DNA of 64,000 nucleotides from an uncultured Acidobacteriota bacterium (GTDB taxonomy: Bacteria > Acidobacteriota > UBA6911 > RPQK01 > JAPXNP01). Each line of letters opens with the position of its first letter. Positions within the stretch are counted from its first letter, which is position 1. The stretch is taken from contig CAWGNQ010000005.1 of NCBI GenBank assembly GCA_963823995.1, positions 596,220-660,219 of the forward strand. The letters are read 5' to 3'. Made by a program: the position numbers and the translations under genes. The notes beneath the pieces were generated by a model. It saw nothing but the letters and a program-made list of their open reading frames with translations. It was not told the origin of the DNA and did not search any database. Shown piece by piece: positions 19,362-27,273 of this stretch.

Positions 19362-20162
19362 CTAGCGTCGCCCCGAGGCGGATCGATCTTTGTCCGGCTC
19401 GAACAGCGACTCGATCAGCCCCTGGCGGAAATCCGAGCCCTTGACGAAGTATCCCCCCAGCACAGCCTGGCAGGACCCGTCGCCATCGTTGATCTGGTCC
19501 ACATAGACCTTTCCGTCGCGGTCGACATAGAGCGTGTGGAGCTCATTCCCGTCGATTCGATAACATATCCGGTCTCCCTCCTTGATCCCGCGACTTTTCA
19601 GAGAGGAGTACCAGAAGGGCAGCAGTTGGCGGATCCGGTCGTAGCCCTTACGGGGGATCAAACCGGCCTTCCAGACTCGCTCGGTGCTCCTGGTCACTTC
19701 GTCGATGAACCGCTTCAGTGTGATATCCCGCTGGAAGGTGAGCTCGATCACGGCATCCCTGGCATCCATTGCCGCACCGGCGACCTCGTCACCGACCTTC
19801 CCGGAAGTGGATTGTCCGTCCACGAGTCGGCGCAGAACCTCCGCGGTGGTTTCGCCGAATCGAACGACGACATCCACGACGTCAACCTGGACGAAGAGAA
19901 CCCCCCTACGAAGCATCGTCGACATCACAGCGTAGCGCTGGTCGGCGGTCGACGGTGGGTGGACCAGCTCCTGACAGCAGGTGGAGCCCGGCGGCTCTGC
20001 GGCCGACGCGGTAAATGATCGAAGCAGCACGAAACCGCAGATCAGAACACCTGTCGCCGACGCGAGCAAACGGGTGCGCGGCCTCCGCCGCCCCGTCACC
20101 GTCGTCAGTCTGTTTCCGGCATTGAGACAATTCATCGGGTTGTTGACGGGAGACGCCCTCAT
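19362..20162 (-). CDS. secreted protein, putative chalcone-isomerase-like fold
   Basis: Signal-peptide-like segment ending TASAA; IELTFQRDI, IKEGDRI, DGKVYVD and AVLGGYF...FRQGLIESL follow the layout of bacterial CHI-like proteins; start uncertain. Confidence 0.55.
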   Translation of the reverse strand: MRASPVNNPMNCLNAGNRLTTVTGRRRPRTRLLASATGVLICGFVLLRSFTASAAEPPGSTCCQELVHPPSTADQRYAVMSTMLRRGVLFVQVDVVDVVVRFGETTAEVLRRLVDGQSTSGKVGDEVAGAAMDARDAVIELTFQRDITLKRFIDEVTRSTERVWKAGLIPRKGYDRIRQLLPFWYSSLKSRGIKEGDRICYRIDGNELHTLYVDRDGKVYVDQINDGDGSCQAVLGGYFVKGSDFRQGLIESLFEPDKDRSASGRR

Positions 20163-20357
20163 CTCTCCCGTACGGTCCTCTCATCATACTCCAGCCGCCT
20201 CCCTGCACCAAACCTCTCCCGGCCGGGTTCCAAGCGCCTGGACCCACCCTGTCGAACACGCTCTGGTTGACTTGACGGAGCGCATCGCTCACCATCAGGT
20301 CACTTCGGTCCGGTCGGTCCGGTCCGTCGACCCGTGGACTCGAGAAAGGACTCACGA

Positions 20358-21161
20358 ATGCTCGACGCACGCGTTGTTCTGATCACGGGCGCCTCTTCGG
20401 GAATTGGAGCGGCACTGGCGCGCATCTACGGCAGGCAGGGGGCGCGACTCGTGCTGGCGGCGCGACGACTGCCCCGGATCCAGGAACTCGCCTCGAAGAT
20501 CGGAGAGGACTCAGGCGAGGCGACGGCGGTCGAGTGCGATGTCAATCGCGAGGGCGAGATCGAGCGAGCCGTCGCGATTGCCGTCGATCGGTGGGGACAT
20601 CTGGACACGGTTGTTGCCAACGCCGGATTCGGTGTGACAGGGATGGTGAAGGAACTTTCGCTCGATGACTATCGACGTCAGTTCGAGACCAACGTATTCG
20701 GACTGATCCGAACCGTCAAGGCCGGTCTGGGCCCGGTCAGCATGTGCGGTGGTCGGATCGCTCTGGTCGGCAGTGTGGCCGGGTTCATTGCTTCCCCCGG
20801 TGCCTCTCCCTATTGCATGAGCAAATTCGCCGTCCGGGCGCTGGCGCAGTCGCTCCGCCTCGAGCTCAAGCCGGCGGGTGTCTCGGTCACCCATCTGGCA
20901 CCCGGATTCGTGGACAGCGAGATCCGGCTCAAGAAGAACGACGAAAGCCTGCCGGTCGAGGCAAAAGACCCGGTTCCGGCGTGGCTCGTCATGGATACCG
21001 ACAAAGCTGCCCGTCAAATGTTCGACGCCATCGAGAAACGGCGAAAGCAGCGCATCATCACGGGACACGGGAAGACCATCGTCTTCCTGGCCCGTCACGC
21101 CCCCTGGCTCCTCGAAGCTGCCTCCGGCAAACGGCGGGGACTCGGCAGCCGAAAAGGTTGA
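20358..21161 (+). CDS. short-chain dehydrogenase/reductase
   Basis: ITGASSGIG, NAG, TNVFG, YCMSK; AAGGA RBS before ATG 20358. Confidence 0.92.
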   Translation: MLDARVVLITGASSGIGAALARIYGRQGARLVLAARRLPRIQELASKIGEDSGEATAVECDVNREGEIERAVAIAVDRWGHLDTVVANAGFGVTGMVKELSLDDYRRQFETNVFGLIRTVKAGLGPVSMCGGRIALVGSVAGFIASPGASPYCMSKFAVRALAQSLRLELKPAGVSVTHLAPGFVDSEIRLKKNDESLPVEAKDPVPAWLVMDTDKAARQMFDAIEKRRKQRIITGHGKTIVFLARHAPWLLEAASGKRRGLGSRKG

Positions 21162-21273
21162 ATGTCCGCTGCGGCAGCCGTGTCGGACCGCCATCCTCGT
21201 CGCCGAACTCTCTCTTTCGGCTGAAGATCGAGTTGATTTTCGTCGAAAGAAGTAGGGAGAACTTCGGAAGCCC

Positions 21274-22863
21274 ATGTTGAACGAGGAACGATCCGATATC
21301 TGCGAACTGCTGAGAAGTGAGATCCTTCGGCGCTGCCTCGACCGACCGGATACGCTCCGCGGAAAGAAGGGACTGGATCTTCTCTGGTCCGCGATCTCGT
21401 CCGGCTGCTCGGAGCTGCTCACACTGCTGAAGGAGACGGGCTGCAACCTGAACGCACCTCACGTCATGGAGCGCACTGCGCTCATGCACGCGGTGGAAAT
21501 GAATCAGCCGGACTGCGTGCGCAAGCTGCTCGAACTCGGGGCCGAACCGCAAGCCGGAGATTATCCGCCGGCCAAACTGGCGATCACGCTGGGAGACGAG
21601 GAGATCGCCATCCTTCTCCTCGAGGAAATACCGTCCCAGAACGATTCCCAGCGCGAGGAGTTCTTCTATGAGGCCCTGTACAAGGGTCGTGAACGAGTGG
21701 CCCGCTACTTCCTCGATCGAGGATATCCGCCCAACCGGCCCGGGACCTGGGACATCACTCCTCTTTTGGCTGCCGTCATGGGGGGCTCACGGAAGGTCGT
21801 CGAGGCGCTCGTCGCGGCGGGAGCCGATGTCAACCTCCCGGGTTCCGGCGGGGTGACACCCCTGATGAAGGCAATCGAGTTCGGCCAAAACGACATCGCC
21901 AAGTGGCTGCTCGATCATGGTGCGGATCCTGCCTATACGTCCCCCCAGGGAGCGTCAGCGCTCACAATGCTCTCGTCTTCGTTGTCGAGTGAGGACGTCG
22001 AGCTGGCCCGCCGACTGATCGACGGAACCCACGAACGGTCGGAACGCCTCGAACTCACCCCGTTGATGGCGGCGGCCGCCGGCCGGAAGCCCGCGACCCT
22101 TTCACTGCTGCTCGAACATCCTCAGGACCTCGAGCATCGCGACCTCTTCGGACAGACGGCTCTCCACCATGCCTGTCAGTCCGGAGATGTGGGATGCATC
22201 CGCCTGCTCGTCGAACGAGGGGCTGACTGCAATGCCCGGACTCATTCCGGAGACACTCCCCTGACGCTGCTCTTGAAGAACAACTCAAGATGTGACTCGG
22301 CGCTGGAGGCATTGATCGAGCACGGTGCTGATCCGGTTCTGCGGGGCGGTGACGGACTCCTTCCTTCTCAGCTTGCGGCAGCTGCAGGGGAACCGGAACT
22401 CGTTGAGATTCTGACACATTCCAGCCCTGACGCGTCTTGCGGGGGTTCGATCCCCGGGGTGGTGTTCGCTCAGGCTGCCGAAGTGGTGCGGGCCGTGCGC
22501 CAGGGAGACGGACAGGGGGCAACAGCGGCTTTGAACAGTCCTCTACTCACGCCTGCGGACCTCGTCCGATCCATCGAATCCGGTTTGGTCCCGGTGATGT
22601 TCGAGGCCGTTCGCTGCGGCATGCTGGATGTGGTTCGCCACCTGCTGGACGGCGGAGCACCCGTCGGCATGATGGATGGCGACCGAAATACTCCGCTGGC
22701 GATGGCCGCCCGCTACTCCAGACTCGAGATTGCCCGGCTGCTGCTGGAAAGGGGCGCCAACCTGGAAGCCATGACCGAGCGCGGCGTCACACCGATCCAG
22801 CTGGCCGTCACGGAGGAAATGGAACGGTTGCTCTTCAGTCACGGAGCCCGCCCCAAGACTTGA
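21274..22863 (+). CDS. ankyrin repeat protein
   Basis: Many repeats of the TPLxxA...LLxxGAD type (TALMHA, TPLLAA, TPLMKA, TPLMAA, TALHHA, TPLAMA). Confidence 0.9.
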   Translation: MLNEERSDICELLRSEILRRCLDRPDTLRGKKGLDLLWSAISSGCSELLTLLKETGCNLNAPHVMERTALMHAVEMNQPDCVRKLLELGAEPQAGDYPPAKLAITLGDEEIAILLLEEIPSQNDSQREEFFYEALYKGRERVARYFLDRGYPPNRPGTWDITPLLAAVMGGSRKVVEALVAAGADVNLPGSGGVTPLMKAIEFGQNDIAKWLLDHGADPAYTSPQGASALTMLSSSLSSEDVELARRLIDGTHERSERLELTPLMAAAAGRKPATLSLLLEHPQDLEHRDLFGQTALHHACQSGDVGCIRLLVERGADCNARTHSGDTPLTLLLKNNSRCDSALEALIEHGADPVLRGGDGLLPSQLAAAAGEPELVEILTHSSPDASCGGSIPGVVFAQAAEVVRAVRQGDGQGATAALNSPLLTPADLVRSIESGLVPVMFEAVRCGMLDVVRHLLDGGAPVGMMDGDRNTPLAMAARYSRLEIARLLLERGANLEAMTERGVTPIQLAVTEEMERLLFSHGARPKT

Positions 22864-22953
22864 CGATCTCCCGCAGGATGGACGCGCGGGAACAATGACC
22901 AAGGGGGCACCATCGTCTGAGGGCGCTGCTGTACCCTCGCCATCGAAGCCGGT

Positions 22954-24018
22954 ATGATGGTGATGGTGGAGGACTCACGGAGGGCCTTTCTGCGGAATGC
23001 TGCTCTCGGAACGCTGGGGTTGGGACTCGCGTCCTGCTCCGCGGATGAGATTGCGCGGCCCCTGCAGATCATGACCGTTCAGGGGCCGATGGCGGCCGAC
23101 CGGATGGGGATTACGCTTCCACATGAACATCTGGTCGTCGACTTCCTCGGATCGGCCGGCGACACTTCCGGGCACTACGACAGGGAATTTGCATTCCAGG
23201 AAATCCTTCCTCACCTGACCAGGCTGAAAGCCACCGGCTGTGCCACCCTGATCGAGAGTACGCCCGCCTTCATCGGGCGCGACGCGGACCTGCTCCGGCG
23301 ACTCTCGGACGCCTCCGGGCTCCACATCATGACCAATACAGGCCTCTATGGAGCTGCCGACGACAAGTACGTCCCTTCGTTCGTGCGTGACGAGACACCC
23401 CGGCAGCTCGCCGAGCGCTGGCTTTCGGAATGGGAGCATGGAATCGGCAAGACGGGTGTTCGGCCGGGCTTTGTCAAATCGGGCGCAGACAGCGGACCGC
23501 TCAGCAAGGTCGATGAGAAACTGGTGAGAGCGGCAGCCCTGACGCACAGGCAAAGCGGACTGGCCGTGGCCATCCACACCGGAGACGGGGTGGCCGCCCG
23601 AGACGAGTTGCGTATCCTGAAGGAGGAAGGTGTCGCCCCGGAGGCCTTCATCTGGATCCATGCTCAGAATGCCGACGGACGGGATCATATCGAGCTGGCG
23701 AGCCAGGGTGTGTGGGTAAGTCTTGACGGGATCAATGAGGACCGTCTCGAACGCTATCGCGACTGGGTCGTCGACCTGTGGCATCGGGACCTGCTCGGCC
23801 GTGTGCTGCTCTCGCATGATGACGGCTGGTCCGTCGACGGCTCAGGCCCAGCCGGTCGATTCACACGACTCGGCAAGAACGGCACGCTGCCATTTGACAC
23901 CATCTTCACCAAGTTCCTTCCGCTGCTGAGAGAAGCGGGGATGGGCGCGGCCGAGATTCGTCGGCTGACCGTTGAGAATCCGAGTGAAGCATTCGCAATC
24001 TGGCTGCGACTCCTCTAA
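22954..24018 (+). CDS. phosphotriesterase-family amidohydrolase with Tat signal (possible lipoprotein)
   Basis: SRRAFL plus LASC; TLPHEH, GFVK, AIHTG, WIHAQ, LLSHD metal ligands; true start may be 22963 or 22966. Confidence 0.88.
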   Translation: MMVMVEDSRRAFLRNAALGTLGLGLASCSADEIARPLQIMTVQGPMAADRMGITLPHEHLVVDFLGSAGDTSGHYDREFAFQEILPHLTRLKATGCATLIESTPAFIGRDADLLRRLSDASGLHIMTNTGLYGAADDKYVPSFVRDETPRQLAERWLSEWEHGIGKTGVRPGFVKSGADSGPLSKVDEKLVRAAALTHRQSGLAVAIHTGDGVAARDELRILKEEGVAPEAFIWIHAQNADGRDHIELASQGVWVSLDGINEDRLERYRDWVVDLWHRDLLGRVLLSHDDGWSVDGSGPAGRFTRLGKNGTLPFDTIFTKFLPLLREAGMGAAEIRRLTVENPSEAFAIWLRLL

Positions 24019-24152
24019 TGCTTCAGCCATGGTGTTTTTATGAAAGCCCGCTTATAATCCCCAGGACGAGGCGCTGCCACGATGACCGGTGATGAAGAGA
24101 TGCCTCGCCCCAGAACCATCGCCGGAACGGAGTATTGGGAAGGAGCTGTGTC

Positions 24153-25568
24153 ATGGGCGAAGCCAAAGACAGCAGATCACGTCGCGGATTTCTCCAGCAA
24201 ACAGGCAAGATCGCCACGAGTTCGGCCTTGGCGACCGGGCTTTTCTCGCGCGCCTATGCCGCGGAAAACAACACGATCAAAGTTGCCCTCGTCGGTTGCG
24301 GCGGACGTGGCACCGGTGCTGCGGTCAATGCTCTTTCCGTCAAGAACGGACCGATCAAGCTGGTTTCGATGGCCGACATTTTCCCGGAGCGCCTTTCCGG
24401 AAGCTACGGAGAATTGACGAAGCTGCAGAACAAGGCGAGCGGTGATTCGGACTCGCAGCAGCCCGTCATCGCTGCCGACCAGATCGATGTTCCCGAAGAC
24501 CGACGCTTTCTCGGATTCGACGCCTACAAACAGGCGATCGATTGCCTCCAGCCAGGTGACGTGGCCATTTTCGCCACACCTCCTGCGTTTCGATGGGTGC
24601 ATTTTCAGTACGCCATCGACAAGGGCGTGAACGTCTTCATGGAAAAGCCGGTCACGGTCGATGGACCGACCACCCGCCGAATGTTGAAGCTCGGGGAGTT
24701 GTCGGAGGCCAAGAACCTCAAGGTCGGTGTCGGCCTGATGTGCCGTCATTGCGTCGCGCGGGCCGAACTGTTCGACCGCATCCAGAATGGTGAAATCGGA
24801 GACATCGTCAGCCTCCGTGCGTATCGAATGCATGGACCTGTCGGCTACTTCTCTTCCGGTCCCGTTCCGAAGGGAATGAGCGAGTTGATGTATCAGGTTC
24901 AGCGCTTCCACAGCTTCATCTGGGCCAGTGGTGGCTGCTACAGCGATTTCTACATCCACAACATCGACGAATGCTGCTGGATGAAGAACGCCTGGCCGGT
25001 CAAGGCTCAGGGACTCGGTGGCCGTCACAATCGAGGAGACGCCATCGACCAGAATTTCGACGAGTACTCGGTCGAATACACATTTCCCGACGATTCGACC
25101 CTTTTGCTCAGCGGACGCTGCATAGACAACTGCTACAACGAATTCGCCAGCTACGCTCATGGAACCAAGGGGTCGGCCGTGATTTCGACGTCCGCTCACA
25201 CTCCCGCTCGTTGCCGCACCTTCAAAGGACAAGACACGACCAGGGAAGAAGATTTGGCGTGGTCGTACCCTCAACCGGAGCCGAATCCCTATCAGACCGA
25301 GTGGGATCACCTCATCGACGCAATCCGCAACGACCGGCCCTACAATGAGGTCAAACGTGGGGCCGAGGCCAGTCTGGTCACTTCGATGGGGCGGATGGCC
25401 ACACACACGGGGCAGGTGATCACCTACGAACAGATCCTCAACGATGAGCATGAGCTCGCACCGGGGCTGGACAAGCTGACGATGAACTCGCCCGCTCCCC
25501 TGCAGGCAGGGCCGGACGGCCGCTATCCGATCCCGCAGCCCGGAATCGTAACGGACCGGGAGTACTGA
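24153..25568 (+). CDS. Gfo/Idh/MocA family oxidoreductase with Tat signal
   Basis: SRRGFL, ALVGCGGRGTGA, ATPPAFR, FMEKP, IHNID; AAGGAG RBS. Confidence 0.9.
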   Translation: MGEAKDSRSRRGFLQQTGKIATSSALATGLFSRAYAAENNTIKVALVGCGGRGTGAAVNALSVKNGPIKLVSMADIFPERLSGSYGELTKLQNKASGDSDSQQPVIAADQIDVPEDRRFLGFDAYKQAIDCLQPGDVAIFATPPAFRWVHFQYAIDKGVNVFMEKPVTVDGPTTRRMLKLGELSEAKNLKVGVGLMCRHCVARAELFDRIQNGEIGDIVSLRAYRMHGPVGYFSSGPVPKGMSELMYQVQRFHSFIWASGGCYSDFYIHNIDECCWMKNAWPVKAQGLGGRHNRGDAIDQNFDEYSVEYTFPDDSTLLLSGRCIDNCYNEFASYAHGTKGSAVISTSAHTPARCRTFKGQDTTREEDLAWSYPQPEPNPYQTEWDHLIDAIRNDRPYNEVKRGAEASLVTSMGRMATHTGQVITYEQILNDEHELAPGLDKLTMNSPAPLQAGPDGRYPIPQPGIVTDREY

Positions 25569-25661
25569 TTCAGCCTCGCTCGCAGACCTGTCCAAGTGAT
25601 GCAGCACTGCCGGCCGTGGGGTTGGCGAGCGCAGTCCGTCCGAAGCCTGCCGTCAGGATTC

Positions 25662-25856
25662 TTACGCAAGCTTCCGCAGGAGTCTGGCCGGAAATGTGAT
25701 GAGACTCGAGAGCAGTTCGAAAGCTGCGCCCACGGTGACACCGACGAGGCGAAACGGCAAGAGGAGCAGCCAGACGAGCGGGTAGAGAATCAATGCGAGC
25801 AAAGCCACCGGCCAGGAAATCACGAGCAGAATGCACCAGAGCAGAAATTTGATCAT
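25662..25856 (-). CDS. small hydrophobic membrane protein (64 aa)
   Basis: Strongly hydrophobic ORF (MIKFLLWCILLVISWPVALLALILYP...) with AGGAAGG upstream. Confidence 0.7.
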   Translation of the reverse strand: MIKFLLWCILLVISWPVALLALILYPLVWLLLLPFRLVGVTVGAAFELLSSLITFPARLLRKLA

Positions 25857-26000
25857 CTCAGCCTTCCTGTGAGTCTCTCTCCCGATATTCCCCTGTGACC
25901 CGGCCCTCTGCCGGATCTGGAATCATCTACGAAACTGCCACCGGAATTGTTCAGGCGGAGCCCCCTTCTCGACATGGAGGATAACCTCCCCGACGTCAAC

Positions 26001-26021
26001 TACATTTCCCGGGGAAATGTA
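26001..26021. repeat. perfect 10-bp-arm inverted repeat TACATTTCCC-G-GGGAAATGTA
   Basis: Read directly; flanked by an outer GTCAAC/GTTGAC pair; lies between divergent genes. Confidence 0.7.
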
Positions 26022-26265
26022 ATTGTCGTTGACCAGTAACCGGCCGATTCGTTTCGCAATCAGTGCTAACGTGGATGGGAATGGGGGCCGCATACTTGCG
26101 CGCCTCGCACGGCACCGGCACAGATGGCTGACGCAATCGCTTGAGGGTGGAAATTCGACCTCCCGATCGCTCAGCCAAGACCGTCGATCCGATACGCTTT
26201 CTCGCCTCGTCAGGAAAGGAGCCGGCAACCGGTCCCCAATCATGGCTGTTTTCAGGAGGTAACCA

Positions 26266-26841
26266 ATGAATAGAAAAGGCTTTTCCGTCGCAATCGCAAT
26301 CCTGTCGGGATTTCTGCTTTGTGTCGGCCTCGCGTCTGCAGAGGACGACCAGGTTGCAGCACACTACAGTGCTGTGGCCGTGCCCACTACGGGACTGGCG
26401 GGAGGACAATCGACCACGATCGATATCCACATCTCGGGACAGACTTCGGATCAGGAGGCCCAGCGCCTGGTCCAGGTGCTCAACCAGCAAGGTCAGGACG
26501 CCCTCGTCAATGAATTGAGGAACAAGGATCTCGGTAAGATCGGCGCGACCGGCAGCGTGGGAATCGACCTCGCAGTCGTACGCGTTCACCCGACGGAGAA
26601 GGGCAAGACGATCCGCCTGGTCGCGGTTCGCGACATCCCCTTCGTCGAGCGCTTTCTCGGGGGCCGGTCGACGAACTATCCGTTCACCATGGCCGAGTTC
26701 ACCGTCAACGACGAAGGAAAGGGCGAAGGGAGACTGATCGTGGGCGCCAAAGTCAAAGTCAACGACGCGGAAGACGTCATCATCGAGAGCTACAGTGAGC
26801 AGTCTTTCGTGCGATTGTTGAACATCCGCAGGCTTGACTGA
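26266..26841 (+). CDS. hypothetical secreted protein
   Basis: AGGAGGT RBS; signal peptide ending LASA; beta-rich mature region (RSTNYPFT...GKGEG). Confidence 0.8.
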   Translation: MNRKGFSVAIAILSGFLLCVGLASAEDDQVAAHYSAVAVPTTGLAGGQSTTIDIHISGQTSDQEAQRLVQVLNQQGQDALVNELRNKDLGKIGATGSVGIDLAVVRVHPTEKGKTIRLVAVRDIPFVERFLGGRSTNYPFTMAEFTVNDEGKGEGRLIVGAKVKVNDAEDVIIESYSEQSFVRLLNIRRLD

Positions 26842-26850
26842 GTCTGACTG

Positions 26851-27141
26851 TCAGACCTTGTCGACGATCTTCTTGAATTCGGCTTCGGTGAATGCGCGCA
26901 ACGTTTCGGTCGTGACATTGCCCTCGGCCGCCTGTTTGAGGACAAACGCCGCGCCCGCTTCGTCGCTCGGCCATTCACTGATCGCGACCAAATCGAATCG
27001 GCCCATGGTCACGTAGACAGCCTTGAGCTGGCCGCCGGCCTGCTCGATAGCTCTTCGGGCCTTCTCGATCCTCGAGGGGGATTCTTTGACATTCGTAATT
27101 CCCTGACGGGTGTAACGATACAGCGTCACATAGGTGTACAT
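26851..27141 (-). CDS. GYD domain-containing protein
   Basis: YTRQG, GG.LKAVYVTMGRFD, GNVTTETLRAF; AAGGAGG RBS. Confidence 0.85.
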   Translation of the reverse strand: MYTYVTLYRYTRQGITNVKESPSRIEKARRAIEQAGGQLKAVYVTMGRFDLVAISEWPSDEAGAAFVLKQAAEGNVTTETLRAFTEAEFKKIVDKV

Positions 27142-27239
27142 GGAAGGACCTCCTTTTAGTGAGTGAGATCCTACCGCAGGTCGTCTCGAAGAAGAAGCCC
27201 AAGTCGCAAGGAGCCAAGCCCAAAAGTGGAAATTCCAGC

Positions 27240-27268
27240 CCCGGGGGCTCGAAACCCCCCGGCCTTTT
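27240..27268. terminator. GC-rich hairpin, possible terminator
   Basis: CCGGGGG...CCCCCGG stem just past the stop of 27274..29460; only a short T run on the plus strand. Confidence 0.3.
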
Positions 27269-27273
27269 GCGGG

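Noticed and set aside
20305-20327. Short CGGTC repeats upstream of the SDR gene
   Set aside because: Too short and low in complexity to distinguish from chance in GC-rich DNA
25923-26243. 106-aa minus-strand ORF in the intergenic region
   Set aside because: No recognisable motif or RBS, and it overlaps the likely promoter region of the 26266 gene
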